Positions 1-15,666 of a stretch of DNA of 64,000 nucleotides are shown here, piece after piece. This DNA comes from the human T2T-CHM13v2.0 reference genome, Homo sapiens: assembly GCF_009914755.1 (NCBI RefSeq), contig NC_060936.1, one strand, 5' to 3'. How positions within the stretch are numbered: position 1 is the stretch's first letter; each line of letters begins with the position of its first letter. Below the pieces are notes generated by a model. The model ran no database searches, was not told the DNA's origin, and saw only the letters and a program-made list of their open reading frames with translations. The position numbers and the translations under genes are program-made.

Positions 1-209
1 CCTGGGTTCACGCCATTCTCCTGCCTCAGCCTCCCGAGTAGCTGGAACGACAGGCGCCCACCACCATGCCCGGCTAATTTTTTGTATTTTTAGTAGAGAC
101 GGGGTTTCACCTTGTTAGCCAGGCTGGTCTCGATCTCCTGACCTCGTGATCTGCCCGCCTTGGTCTCCCAAAGTGCTTGGATTACAGGTGTGAGCCACCG
201 CATCCGGTC
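1..209 (-). mobile_element. Alu (AluY/Sc-like), truncated by the window edge
   Basis: gggttcacgccattctcctgcctcagcctcccgagtagctgg...gtgagccaccgc, reverse Alu consensus. Confidence 0.95.
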
Positions 210-659
210 CAGTTTGTTTTTTAATGTGCTGTGCTGTTGGGTTTTGTTTGTTTGATTTTTGTTTTGCCTGAGTGTCTTTGCCTATAGTGTGAATGTTTTT
301 ACTTCTCTCTTTGCCACGTTAACTCCAGTTCCTCCTTTGGGCTTTAGCTTAGGTGTTTTTTCAGGAAGCCTTCCCATACCTTCTATGTTGGATTAAGTCC
401 TCTCTCATGCGCTTCTGAGCATCTTGCACCTCCTATTTGGTGTGCTTCTCTATAATAGGTTGTAACTTCCAGAGGGCAGGGACCTAGTGCTATTGGACAA
501 ATGGCAAGTGCTCAAATAAAAGATGTTGTTTTTTTCTTAAAATATATTTAAATTTTCCTCATTGTCTACAAAATTAATTTCAGACATTTTTAAATTCATT
601 TCAGACCTTCTGTAATATGGCCCGACCTTATCTATATTAATTATTGAATTAGATTTGGC

Positions 660-774
660 AACATTTAACAGAAAACCCAAATGACAGTGATTTTAACAAG
701 ATGGAAGGTTTATTTTTCCCTTCTCCTCCTCTTCCTCCTGTTTCTCCTCCATATCCTTCTCTCTCTCTCTCTGT

Positions 775-819
<45 letters not shown>

Positions 820-990
820 TGTAAGTAGTCTCCAGGGCTGTGGGCTGGTGTGACTGCTCCACAGTTACCAGAGGCCAAGGTTTCTTCTCTCTTTATGCTT
901 TGCCATCCTTGGCACGTGATTTCCACTCTCAAGATTCCCTCATGGTCCTAACTGGCTGCTGGAGCCTCAGGCCATCTTGTCCCTTGTGGG
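660..990. mobile_element. Old MaLR LTR fragment (MLT1J/K-like) containing a (CT)n(CA)n microsatellite at ~757-815
   Basis: MLT1-like motifs (aacagaaaacccaaatgacagtg...ggctgctggagcctcaggccatc); about 20 CA units seen directly. Confidence 0.6.
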
Positions 991-2829
991 AATAGTGCTA
1001 GCAGAGTAGAAGGGAGACTCAGAGAGAGGAAGACAAAAAGGAAGCTAACATGAAAAAGACATTTTCGTCAAATGCTAGTTCTTTGAACTTCTGGGAAGAA
1101 AAGAGTTTCTAGGAGACCACAACTTTTTACTGCTTTGAAGATTCCAAATTCCTGAGAATATGATTCAGTTAGTGAGTAACGTTCTCTATGCTGGCAAAGG
1201 AGGAAATTACCTGGATCTGGACCTATCTTTGGAGGATGAGAGAGGAGCTGTTATCTCTCCCCCACTGATACAATGATGTTGTAATGTCTTTTCAGTAGGC
1301 ATTTGCCTGAGCTCTTTTTTTTGGACTATAATTTTCCCCCACCCCACTTTCTCTAATCTCTGCTTCTCAAAATCTTATCTATTCTTCAGAGCCTAATTCC
1401 TTTCTTTTCCCAGAAGCTTTTCCACATTCTCCTCATCTGGGATTTTTTTTTTTCTTTGAACCTCCACAGATTTTTGTGATGATCTTTCTCCATGTTTTAA
1501 CATAGATACCGGTAAACTTATCTAACGCTTCCCTAGCTCCCTCTCACCATTGAATGCCATCCCCTTGAGTTAAGTCAGGGACTATGCCTTGTTCACATCT
1601 GCTGCAGCCATCACAGAACCTTTAAAAAAGTAGGTTCTTAAATCTTAAATGAGTGCATGCTGTGAGGGAAGGAAAGCAAATAGACTTTTTGGCTCAAATA
1701 AAGAATTGATGTGTTTAGAAGACAGGTAAAGAGAAAAGGGACGAGTTGTCGGATGATCTTGATATCTAGGCTTTGAATCTGGGCTTGGCAGGGTAGGTGC
1801 ATGAGCCCTGAATATAAGGGAGCTGGCCTAGGGAGAGAAAAAAAACCATCACTTCAACTCCTGTCTTCCAGGGTGTTGACTTCATTAACTGCCCCACATC
1901 CACCAGATTTCCCCAGATCTTAGTTGACATAGAGACATTCATTCTGTTTCTCACCTTAAGAAAATCCATCCTGAGTTAGCTTCAGTTGGTGCTGCCGCTA
2001 GGCTTTATGGTGATAGGCTTTGGGAGGAACTGAGAATCCCAAATGCTAGGTGGTATCTGAATGTGGCATTACGAGATATAATGCTCTAAACTCTGCAATT
2101 TCTCTTGTAAGACGGAAACAATTCAACCTGTTCTTTGACTCCTTTTCTGGGTTTTCTTGGCTCCAGGCTTCTTAGAACACTGATCACACTGTTCCACCAC
2201 CCCCAATCTTTACCTCCATTCTCTCTACCCTCCCAGCCCCCACCAAAACACAATTCTTTTCAGGCAAGTGCACCATACAGGTGCTCTGGTGGTCCCGTAA
2301 CTGAGGATGTAGTTGCCAGCCTTTTAGCAATATCAAGAGTTCTCTGGAGGCTCTTGAGAGCTGTGGCCTTGGTTAAATTGGACAGAATCACCTTTTTGGT
2401 AAATTCCCTTCCGATTCATTTCACAAATGGCTTAAATCATTTATGTTGTTTTGTTCAATCCAGTCAGGAAATGAAAGCATTGCCATTTTAATTGTTTTAG
2501 AACAGCATTTTACACCTAATATAGACTCCCAAAGCCAGCCAAATGCAGATTTTGGCTCCTAGATCGCTGACTGCATGCTGACTGTGTTCTTGAGTGCGGA
2601 AGAAAACAGATCCAGCCAAAGACTGATTACCTTCCAAAGGTCACAAAAGAAGTTTCTCTTTATCTAAGAAAGAAAGTAGGTGCCATTAGGTGTTGATTTT
2701 TTTTAAAAAGTCCTTTTAATTTAAACAATATTTGAATAAAAATTATGGTATAGTCAACCACAAATCAGTTGATGAAGTCTCAAATTTTGGCAGTCTCCCT
2801 TGGTTCTGTGTTCTTGGGCAAGTTTACTT

Positions 2830-3146
2830 TCTTTTTCTTTTTCTTTTTTTTTTTTTTTTGAGACAGGGTCTGGTTCTGTTGCCCAGGCTTGAGTGCAGCA
2901 GCGTGATCTTGGCTCACTGCAACCTCTGCCTCAAGCATTGCTCAAGCAACCCTCCCACTTCAACCTCCCAGTTAGCTGGGACTACAGGCGCATGCCACCA
3001 CACCTGGCTAATTTTTGTATTTTTTTGTAGAGATGAGGTTTTACCATGTTGTCCAGGCTGGTGTAGAACTTCTGAGCTCAAGCGATCTGCCCACCTCAGC
3101 CTCCCAAAGTGCTGGGATTACAGGCAGGAACCACCATACCCAGCCT
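2830..3146 (-). mobile_element. Alu (AluJ-like)
   Basis: poly-T followed by gagacagggtct...cccaaagtgctgggattacagg. Confidence 0.95.
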
Positions 3147-3154
3147 CTTTTTTT

Positions 3155-3420
3155 AAAAAATAATTTTTTACTTTGAAATAATTTAAGACAAGAAGTTGCA
3201 AAAATAGTACTGAGAGATCCCAGGTACCTTTCACTCAGCTTCCCCCAATGATAATATCTTACATGATCATAGCACATTGTTAAAAGCAGGAAATTGACAT
3301 TGGTGCAATACTAGTAATTCAAGAACAGACCTTATTGGAATAGGTTTTACATGCAATCTGTTTTTAGTGTGTGTAGTTCTGTGAAATTTTATTACCTTTG
3401 TAGATTCATACATGCTTTTG
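3155..3420 (-). mobile_element. Old L1M 3' fragment
   Basis: ttttactttgaaataatttaag...agaagttgcaaaaatagtac...cagcttcccccaatg, typical of L1MC/ME 3' ends. Confidence 0.6.
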
Positions 3421-3459
3421 ATTTTTAATGCTCACTTACCGTCAAATTATTTGGAGCCT

Positions 3460-3629
<170 letters not shown>

Positions 3630-3829
3630 TAATAATAGCAAAACTGGAAATTATTTAATCTGGAAATCTCAATTTAATACTCTTAACAAAAAGACTACTG
3701 GATTAGAAAGTAGAAAGTCAGGTTCTAATTCCAGCTCTTCAACTAGGCAGTTAAACTTCTTTGGTTAAGTCATTTACATATTTGGTACATCATGTACTCA
3801 TCTCTGAAATGAGTGAGCTAAATGAAACA

Positions 3830-4700
3830 AATCTTGATTTCCACTTTCCCTTCTCTAAACATCCTTCTGTGTACTGTATTTTAAAAGGCACCATCTGTAT
3901 TTTACCACATTGTTCTAGCCAAAAACTTAGGCATCATCCTTGTTTCCTTCTTTGCTGTACCTACCCTCTTTCCTTCTGTATATTCCATTAGCAAGTCTTC
4001 TACAACATTCCCCAAATCTGTCTACTTGAGTCCATCCCTTGCCTGGATTACTGCAGTAGCCTCCACATGTACTTTCCCGTAAAACGTTTTCCACATGGCA
4101 ATCAGAGCCATCTTTTAAAAATAGAAATCAGACTTTGTTATTCCTCTGCTTAAAACCTCCTCCTAGGACTTTACATTGCACTGAGAATCAGAGCTCCTCG
4201 CCAGGGCCCAAAAGGGACACCGTGACCTGGGGACTCCTGCTGGCTTCTTCAGTCACATCTACCATTCCCTGCCTTCTCCCTGTAGCCCAGCACAGGCCTC
4301 CTCTGTCACTCCAGTCGGCCAAGTCAGTGCCCACCTCGAGGCCTTTGTTTCAGCCTAGCCGTTCTCTGTGCCTGGTGTGCCCTGCTCCCAGTTTTGCTCT
4401 AATAAGTGGCTCCCTCTGGTAATTTAGGTGTCAGGCCTCCTTGATGAGGCCTGCCTGATCAAATTAGCCACCTCCCAAGTCACTTTCTGCAACATTATCC
4501 TGTTTTGTTTCTTGCACAGCATTTAACACTATCTGGAATTATCCTCCGCACTTGATTGGACTTGTTACTTGACAAGCGAATTTCCCTTCTCTAGACTGTA
4601 AGCTCTTTCAGAAGTAGGGCAGCTTTAACTGCCTGGTTTATCCTGCATCCCCAGACCCCAGGACAGTGCCTGTCCCATCAATAATTATGTGTTGAGCAGA
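3830..4700. mobile_element. L2 remnants
   Basis: cctggattactgcagtagcctc, ctgcttaaaacctcc, agactgtaagctc...gggcag motifs. Confidence 0.6.
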
Positions 4701-6729
4701 TGCATTTATGGACCAGATCATCACAGAGGATTTTGAAATTGAAAAAATTACTTAATTAAATGAAATGTTTAAAATTAATTTTTTGGGATTCTGAAGGGAA
4801 CTTTTATGATTAAATTTCTGTGTACTACAGGTTGCCTATTGTGTAGTCATGTTTTAGTAAAAGTTCTTTTCCTGAGGCAGGACCATTTCAGATGGGAAAG
4901 ATAAGTTTTCTGTGCTCTAGGGACAGTCTCCTGTCTGCCTTGAACACATTAGACAGATGACCTTAATGATCGGAAGAGATGCATTGGAAATACATTCCTT
5001 TCCCTCATCAGCAGTGCTTTTGCATTAGCATTGAGCAGGGTTTGACTTTCTTGGTGATACAGAAGGTGCAAGAAGCTTAGTATCATGTGGTTTGACATTT
5101 AATCAGACTTGCTTTCCTTGTTAACCTAAAGGCCTTCCTCTTCTTTGGAATTTAATGTGTCAGTAATGGCTCCTAGAGCTGGAACAGATGGAGCTGCTGA
5201 TGTTCTCACTTAAACGAAAAAAAACATGATTTATATCCTCAGCTTCATTTCTTAAATTCTTGTTGAACTTTCATTTGATTGTCAGAGCCACATAACCAGA
5301 ATGTCACTAAATTTGCTTTCGCGGCATTACCATCTACTTTTGCTTTTTAAGCAGTTTTGGAAATGTGATGTAGTATAGGAACATGAGTACATGTTTTTAA
5401 ACATGTATTATTCGGAGTTAATGATTCACTGCTGCTGAAGGAGTAGTTTCTGTGTGAAGGCAATGGTTATTTTTTTCATTAAATATTCTCATCAGAAGTT
5501 AATATGTTTTTCTTCTCTTATTCTGGACTTGTCTTATAAAAAATACATGTACTCGTATAGCTGCCAATGAGACAAGTGTTGACATTTTGGTTTCTTTTGT
5601 TATGGTTTTATTGTTGTTATTGCTAATGAATGATTTTTGAAGCAAATATGTACTTTCAAGCAAATATGTGCAAATATGAAGTTGGAAGATGATATTTTCT
5701 CTTAAAAGCATTTTACCATTTTCACATTGCCATGCCCTTAGCTTTCAGGGTGTTTTCTTGAGTCATTATTTTCTTTTGTTGATTCTTTAAAATGTACCAA
5801 TGGTGAGTGTGAATTCATAGTATGAAAAATGTGGGTGATAGACTATGATTAGACATAGTTCAAGATAATAGTTTATATGAAAAATTGATGCTCTAAAGCA
5901 TTTGCTACCAAAATTTGTTTTTTTGTGTGTGTGTTACCTTTACTCTTCTCCCTGGGTCCACTTAATGGTTCTGTATTTTTTTGGAGAGCCAAATATGTCT
6001 TGAAGGTAGTCGGGGAGAGGGAGGAGGAGCAACATGAAATGAGTGTGCTGTTTTATCAGAAGCCACTTATTCACAGGGCCTGAAGTGATAGCTGTTGGGA
6101 GAAGTGATATTCATACTGATGGGGGTAAAACTGCCTACTCATTTTGGGGAGCTTTTGTTTTCATAATAAAAATTGTTTGTACAAATAAAGGATGTTCTAA
6201 AGGAGAGGACTATTTGCAATTGAGTGTTTTCTATTCTGGCAGCATCCGATTGAAAATCATTTCAGAAATTCTTAGTATTGCATGCAATCATTGTTTAGTA
6301 GCTAGATCTTTTTAACTTTATGATAGAATTGTGCATTTCATTTCTGTTTTAAGTCCTATCCATGTATTTAAGTAGTGTAATAAATTATTTTCTTGCCAGC
6401 AGGGTGACTTGAGTGAAAAAATATGTATAATTTGGCCAATAGCCTAATTCTGTGACCTCTACAATCCAAATGGATGCCGTGGCTTTTACTTTGGTTACAT
6501 TTCAAATGACTTTAATTGGCCTGAAATTCTATTAGTATGATTGATTCAGGATACCCATTCAAAGTCATCTCATTTGTCTGTGTCATTTGTCATGGATCAA
6601 ATCTCTGGGCAAAGCAGTCATTGAACCTTGGTTAAACCTCAGACTGTGTCCGTCTGTCAATTTTATAAATGATTGGGAGGAAGGCACTCTTGTGAGTTCT
6701 GGATCAGTAGTGATATAATTCTGTTTCTG

Positions 6730-7250
6730 TTTTTTGCTTTTTTAAATCTACTGCTACATAATAAACCACTCCAAAACTTGGTGCCTTAAAATAACCATTT
6801 TACCTTGGTCATGATTTTGTGGGTTAGGAATTAAGAAAGGGCTCAGCTGGGCAGTTTGTCTCTGATCCACATGGTGTCAGCTGAGGAATCTGGGGATAGG
6901 GGATCCACTTTTGAGATCTCAGACTCAGATGTCTGGTGCCTTGACTGGGGTGCGTGGCTCTGGGCAGGGGGCTTAGCTGGGGCCCAGCATGTGGTCTCTC
7001 CATGTGGCTTAGGTTTCTTTCAGCATGGGAGCTGGGTTTCCCAAAATGTGAGGATGGAAGCTTCAAGGCTGAAGGTTTCTCAGGATGTAGACTCATAAGT
7101 CCCAGAACACCAGTTCTCCTGCTTATTGGTCAAGTAAGTCACTAAATTCAACCCAGACTTGGGGTCAGGAGGGGGTCAGGGAGGGGAGTAGCATTATCCT
7201 TCACTTTTCATTGGGAGAAGAAACAAAGGATTTGAGGCCATCATTAATGG
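6730..7250. mobile_element. MLT1 (MaLR) LTR
   Basis: aaccactccaaaacttggtgccttaaaataacc...gggctcagctgggcag...cttattggtcaagtaagtcac. Confidence 0.75.
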
Positions 7251-8269
7251 CTAGTGATGAGATCACATCAGAATAGCATTTATTTAATAGCAATTTATTA
7301 CTCTCCTGAGGTTCAGGTGGCTTAAAGTGCAAATATTAGTAGGTAGTTCCATGTAAGGGAATCCCATTCCAAGTGGCACAGCCTTCATTTAGACAAAACT
7401 CTGATGTAATTCATTCTAGTCATTTGATGGATGGAGACTCTAAAAGTGGCATGAATATAATCTCAAAATATCTAGAAAGATGTCAGTCCTCTGAGTCATT
7501 GTGCAAACTAGTTTGTTGAGAGAGTTCAAAGGCATCATGGATCTTAACAGCTAGAAAAGATTCTAAGAGATTACATCATCATTATCACCTTCTGGAAAGA
7601 TTTATTGAGCATCTGTTAGGTGCCAGGCCCTGGGAATACAGAAGAGAATATGACTGATTCTTGCCGTTGAGACATAGTTGAGGACATAGAATTGATACAC
7701 AAGAGATGAATAGAAATCCATGGAATATAGACTAACTGGTAAATAAAAGTACAGGTGATAAGAGCACAAGAAGGAGAAGTAATCAATAGAGGCTTAGCTA
7801 GGGGCTGGGAAAGGCTGTAGGGACTTTCCGTCACTCTGAAAACATGAAGTCCAAAGTGTTGGCCATTACCTACAAGTCCCTTTGAGATCTGGATCCCTGT
7901 ATCCTCTCTGATCCCCTTTGCTACCTCTCTTTTCCTCACTCACTGGCCTTCTTCCATGGAAGTATAGGCATTTGAGGATCTTTGCCACTTGCTCATTCCT
8001 CTGCCTGGAATGCTCTTTTTCCAGATATTCCCATAGTTTGCTTTCTCACTTCCATCAGATCTCTGGTCAACTGTGCTCTCCACCAGCCTTCTCTGACCAC
8101 TCTATCTACTTCCTGTTCATCAACACATTTATCTCCATGAAGCCAGGGCATTGTCTGCCTTGTTAATTATTGTATCCTGAGCACCTAGAGTAGTGCCTGG
8201 CATCATTGGTGCCCAACAAAATATGGTTGAATGTATGAATGAGTAAATGAATGCAGAATCTTGAAACAG

Positions 8270-8520
8270 GGTGTGCTTTTTGGGCTGATAGAACAAAGTA
8301 GTGTAAACTGGGTAGCTTATAAACAATAGAAATTTAATTCCCACAGTTCTAGAAGCTGGGAAGTCCAAGATCAAGGCACCAGCAGATTAGGTGTCTGGTG
8401 AGGGCCCATTTCCTGGTTCATAGACGGTACCTTGTTGTGTCTTCACATGGTAGGAGGGTCAAGATAGCTCTCTCGGGCTTCTTTTATATGGGTACCAATC
8501 TTGTTCATGAAGGCTCTGCC
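8270..8520. mobile_element. MLT1A-like LTR fragment
   Basis: ctgggtagcttataaacaatagaaatt...gctgggaagtccaagatcaagg. Confidence 0.8.
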
Positions 8521-8726
8521 AAAGGTAAGATTTAGCAAAGTGGAGAATAGATGATATTGCTGGATGCCTGCAAGGCAGAGTGAAAGAGAAGCAGAAAGTT
8601 ACATAATATATTCATAGATCATGTGCATCAGCTCTCTGACACCAGGGGTCCTTATTTTACAACTCTGAGTCCTGCAAACCATTTTGCGAATATGTAAGCA
8701 TTGTAATAGGGCTTGCACAGGAAGTG

Positions 8727-9330
8727 ATTTATTTTTTTCTTTATTTTTAACTTTTATTATAGGTTTGGCAATACATATGAAGGTTTGTTAGGTAGGTAAA
8801 CATGTGTCACAGAGGTTTGTTGTACAGATTATTTCATCACCCAGGTATTAAGCCCAGTACCCAGTAGTTATCTTTTCTGCTCCTCTCCCTCTTCCTACCC
8901 TCTCCCCTCAAGTAGACCCGAGTATCTATTGTTTCCTTCTTTGTATTCATATGTTCTTACCATTCAGCTCCCACTAAAAAGTGAGAACATGCAGTATTTG
9001 GTTTTCTGTTCCTGAGTTAGTCTGCTAAGGGTAATTAGCCTTCAGCTCTATCCATATTCCCACAAAAGACATGATCTTATTCTTTTTTATGGCTGTGTAG
9101 TATTCCATGGTGCATATGTACCACATTTTTTAAATCCAGTTTGTCATTGATGGGCGTTTAAGTTGATTCCATGTCTTTGCTGTTGTGAATAGTGCTTCGG
9201 TGAACATTCATGTGTGTGTGTCTTTATGGTTGGATGATTTATATTCGTCTGGCTATATACCCAGTAATGGGATTGCTGGGTCGAATGGTAGTTCTGCTTT
9301 TAGGTCTTTGAGCCATAGTACTTTCCACAA
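8727..9330 (-). mobile_element. L1PA (older primate subfamily) 3' end
   Basis: gtttgttgtacagattatttcatcacccaggtatt...gtgagaacatgcagtatttgg...cccagtaatgggattgctgggtc. Confidence 0.9.
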
Positions 9331-9499
9331 GTGGTTCATTTTAACTAGAATAGCTGGTTCATGACTGGTGGCAGTTATTGGAGAACTTGCCTTTCTTGAA
9401 AAATATTCTGTACTATACCATTTCTTTGTCTTTTCTCCTGCTCATATTTCTGTCTGGAATATCCAGCTTTTTGTATTGACCTGTTGAAATTCCACATGA

Positions 9500-10320
<821 letters not shown>

Positions 10321-11162
10321 TCCTCAGTATGCTTAGATATTTGTTAGCATTATCTTTTCAGTAAAAGATAGGTATTATTAGTGAAGTCCAAGGCCTTTGA
10401 GTATTATTTGAACCCTTTGGTTTTGAGCTATGAATTGTTTATAGAGTGAATTGCTTGAACATTTTGGGCTTTATTGAGCCACAGCTGAAGATGATCATTG
10501 ATTGACTGCCCCCCTCCACCCCACCCTCCCACCCCCGCCTTTTTTTTTTTTTTTTTTGCTTTACTTGCCATTCATATTGTGTTGTACATGTTCCTCTGGG
10601 TATATTAGAGGTTGAAATCAAAAGCCAAAGGAATCTGAAGGGGGTCCTCAGCTCTTCTCTGGGTCTTACTGTAACCTAGAGCAAGTGACTCCATCAGCAG
10701 GACAAGTAAACTCAGGAAAAGAAGCAAAAAGGAAACAAGCCAGTTGCTCTGGGCTGAGATAATGTTAAATGGCAGAGGGAAGCTTGAGTTACTCAACTGC
10801 TGCTTGGCTTCCATCTTCACTGTCCTTGTTTCTCTGATTCAATTCTTGCTTCCTACAGTTGATTTCCCACATAGGCAAGCAGAGGGATCTTTTAAAAATG
10901 TAAGTCAGATCATGTTATTCTCCAGCTTAAAAACCCGAGGGGGGATTTCATTGTACTTGTAATAAAATCCAGACTCCTCATCATAAATTAGCTCCCACTC
11001 TTGCCTCTTTACCTCTTCTCTTACTCTTCTCCCCTCCCTCTTTATCAGCCACATTTTATTTCTTTCTGTTCCTTGAGCCCTTGAGGTTCATTCTGCCAAA
11101 TTCATCCCATTTTAGGGGTTTTGTACTTGCTGTTCCCTCTCTCTGGAACACTCTGACCCTAG

Positions 11163-11539
<377 letters not shown>

Positions 11540-12789
11540 CCTAGACTCTTAACAGTGCACTAGACACTCGCCCTCTCACAGTTCCTATGTTCTGTTTTTT
11601 TCTAGCACTGACTGTTCTTTTTCTCTATTTTCTCATGTATAAAGGTGGGGTTAATGAAAGAGGTACATACTTCGTAGAGTTGTTAAGAGGATTAAACTAG
11701 TTACTATTTAGAAGAGTATCGGGAGCATGATATTGCTCTCAAATATAGCTTTATTGTTATATCATTCTTTACTACCTGAAATTGTCCTGCTTAGTTATAT
11801 GCTAGTTTATTGTCTTTCACTTATTGCTAGTGTCAGCCTTTTGCAAGCAAGGACAGCATTTACATATCTTTTTTACAGCTCATCCGTATTCCTAGTGTGT
11901 TGTCATACACAGTAGGTCCTTGACAAGTACTCGTAAAGTCAATAAATGAAAGGCAGGAATATTTATTTTGAACAGGCCAGAAAAAACATTAGTAACATTA
12001 AATTAAAGCTTGCGAAAGTTGAATGGATTGTAAAAGATTGTTTAGTTGTTCAAAATGGGTTTTGGATTTTTGGTCCAGAAGCATTCTGTTCCAGGACACT
12101 GAAAGAACCCAGGGATAATTCATTGTTAATTTTTATTTTTATGGAATTTTGAAGAGTGAGAAATTGTTGGAATTATGAAGACAGGTAAATGACATTCTGA
12201 TTTTCGAGAGTGAGGAATGTGGGCTTAAAAACTGTAGACTAGGAGCTTTATGCTACTTGTGGGCAGAATTCTAGAATGGGTTATTAAAAGGATGATTTGT
12301 GAATGCTTAGGACAGTGTTGTTTAGTGGGAAAGTGGAGCACCCTTAGAGAAAAGAGGCCTGGAGAAATGAATTGATTTTTTTTTTCAGGTGACTACTGAG
12401 CTTGGTGGCAGAATTGAGAATAAAGACTCCCTGACTTCAGACCAGTGTTCTCTCTGTTCCAGTAGTGTTTTCAATCTGGGACCATAGAGCTGCTCAAATT
12501 CAAGCAAAATAGAATCTTTTTTGTGTGTGTCTTTATTTTGAAGATCGTTTTTTTTTAAAGCCATTTTCAAAAACAGTTTTTCAGTTGGGGTACATTGACC
12601 TCTGAAAGTTCTAGGACACAGTCTCAGGAGCCCATGAGATTTAGTTCTCCTTCCCACCACTTCAAAAGAGGTCTGTGCGGTACTCTAGGTTCAGAAACTT
12701 GGCACCATGATATTTTGCCAGTTTATCTTATTAACTGAATGCTGTCTGTAGTGACTCTGCAGAAAACAGTGTTATGTTCTTCTGTCAGA

Positions 12790-13410
12790 CTTGTGCTGTT
12801 CAATATGGTTGCACGTAGCTATGTGTGGCCATTGAGCGTGAAAATGTGACTCCTGTAAGTTGATTATAGACTACCATGTAATATAGTCACCCCTCAGTGT
12901 CCGAGGGGTATTGGTTCCAGGACCCCCTGCACATACCAAAATCCACAGATGCTCAAGTTCCTCATATAAAAATGGCATCGTATTTTTATGTGATCTACAT
13001 ACAGCCTCCTGTATACTTTAAATCATCTCTGGATAATTTATAATACCTAATACAATATAAATGCTTTGTAAATAGTTGTTATATTGTTTGTTTGTTTTCT
13101 TAACTTTTTTTTAATGGTTGTATTGTTATTGTTTATTTAAAAAATATTTTCAATTCAAGGTTGGCTGAATCTGCATATACAGAACCTGGGGATACAGAGG
13201 GCTGACTATATCATACACATTAGATTTCAAAGACTTAGTATGAAAAAATAATGTAAATATCTCATGATTTATTTTGAATATCTGTTGAAATGATATTTTT
13301 GATATATTGGGTTACATAAAATATATTAAAATTAATTTCATCTGGCTTTTCCTTTTTAAAACGTGGCTACTAGACAATTTAAAATTATATATGTGACTGG
13401 CATTCATTAG
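12790..13410. mobile_element. MER33-like hAT element interrupted by MER2 (Tigger, 12884-13208)
   Basis: MER2 ends tagtcacccctcagtgtcc / gagggctgacta flanked by TA; MER33 motif tttcaaagacttagtatgaaaaaa resumes after it. Confidence 0.8.
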
Positions 13411-13959
13411 AACTTGATACCTCTCTCAGGAGGAAAGGTGGAAGGAACTGGTGGATATCACTGTGCAGATGAGGTGATATGACAGCTGCCTTCAGCTCTT
13501 TGGATGGCTCTCATTCGTAAAAGAGATTCTTTCTGTTCTGTGTTTCTCAAAAGGTCGAACGAAGACATAGAAAAAGCAAGTTAATGTAAGATAGACCCTT
13601 CTAAAATAGTTGTCCAAAGAAAATATAGGCTCCTTCTAGAGATAATGAATTCCTTGTCACTATACATAATTCAAGAAGAGGCTAAATAGCTGCTTAATGA
13701 GGTTGTTTAGAGGGAGATCAGGTGGTTAAAAGTAATGCCTTTCCAATCCTGAGAATTTGTGACTTGATGAAATTGGGCAAAGGGCTGATTTTACAGCTAC
13801 ATGAAATAAATGGATTCCGTGGGCAGGAGAAGAAAGCATTTTATTTCACTCCCTGTGCTTTTCCTTTAAACTTTCACATGAGTATTTTCCAGTTGAGGAG
13901 CTTTTGCATTCTTGGTTACAGAAAGATGTTTGATTGTCTAATCCCAGGGAATCTGGTGA

Positions 13960-14400
13960 ACAGTGTATCAGTTAGGAATGTGCTTGGCAACAAGTAAACA
14001 AACAAACAAACCAAAGTGACAATGGCAAATAAGTAGAGATTTATTTTAATCCTATAACAAGAACTCTGGAGGTCAGCTGCTTCTGGCATTGATTCATTGG
14101 CTCAAAGGCATCAGAGCGAGTGTCTCTGCTATTCTCTTGGCCTTCCTTTTCCTCGTAGTAGCAAGGCAGTCACAGCTACCAACAGCACATCCGTAAGGCT
14201 GGAAGAGGCACGGAAGTTGCTCAGCCCCTACTGCATCTGTCACTTTTTCTTGGGAAAAGCAGTAGTCTTTCCAGAAATCCTCAACACAATTCCTCTTCTG
14301 ATTCATTGGGCAGAATTGTCTCATGGCCACTCCTTGGTACAAGGGAGGCTGCAAAGTGAATGTTTGCTCTTCTAGACTCTACGATTGAGACAAGACAGGA
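13960..14400. mobile_element. Old MLT1 LTR (MLT1J/K-like)
   Basis: gtatcagttaggaatg...cattgggcagaattgtctcatggccac...caagggaggctg. Confidence 0.65.
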
Positions 14401-15336
14401 GGAGAAGGAGGTTGGGAATGGCATTTGTGTCAGCCAAAAAGAACAGGGTCTGCCGCAGATAGTTTTAGGTGTGACTGAGGGCACCACTCCCAAGTCAAAC
14501 ATCAAGTGCTTGGGAGTTGAGACATCATCCAATGTCCTTTTTTTATTAAAAAAAAATTCTTTCACTAAGTGGTTTTAGCTGCCATTGATGATTGTAGCCT
14601 TGGATGAGTTTTATTAAACAATTCTTTCTTTTTAGAGAAGAGAAAATTGAGGACCCGAGAAGTTAACGCCTTTGATTTCTATTGAAATTACTCATAGGGT
14701 AAGAGTGAGAGTTCTTGCTTTGCCCTTTCCACCTTCCTGACTTCATCAGCAAAGAAGAGAATCTTGGTTTTATTTTTCATTATCTGCAAATGATATGTCC
14801 ATAACAGTAGTTATTTGTCACAAAAATACTTCACAAGAACATTGGTAAACACATACAAATGTTAGCAGTTCTGAACAGGCATTTATTGTAGAGGAACCTG
14901 TTTATGATGAGAAATATGAAAGAATTGAGACAGTGGGCCTCTACCATAGAGGAGGGAAGAAACTAGTTGGGTGAAATTTAGTGTTAGGATGTTTTGTCAA
15001 AAAACTATTTTTGGGAGGCTGAGGCAGGAGGATGGTTTGAGCCCAGGAGTTCCAGACCAGCCTGGACAACATGGCAAGATTCCATATCTACAAAAATAAA
15101 TAAATAGAAATTTAAAAAAATTTTTTTCATCTTTAGCATTAATGGCAAATATTTAGAGCTATATTTAATGGAAGTATATGTGAATTGGTGGTATAAACAG
15201 ATTTTTCCAAACTCTTTTTACTTGTAATTTCTGTGGCTGTAACAACTTTTACTAGCCTCTTAGGAGTTTCTTAAATCCTTTTTCCCCATTTTCTTTGGTC
15301 TATGATAAAGAAGTAATCTGAAGTAGAAAAAAATTA

Positions 15337-15666
<330 letters not shown>

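Noticed and set aside
2732-3163. 143-aa ORF and similar ORFs (15334-15609, 24265-24547, 30217-30528, 31316-31618, 47740-48180)
   Set aside because: Translations of Alu sequence ([27 protein letters not shown]).
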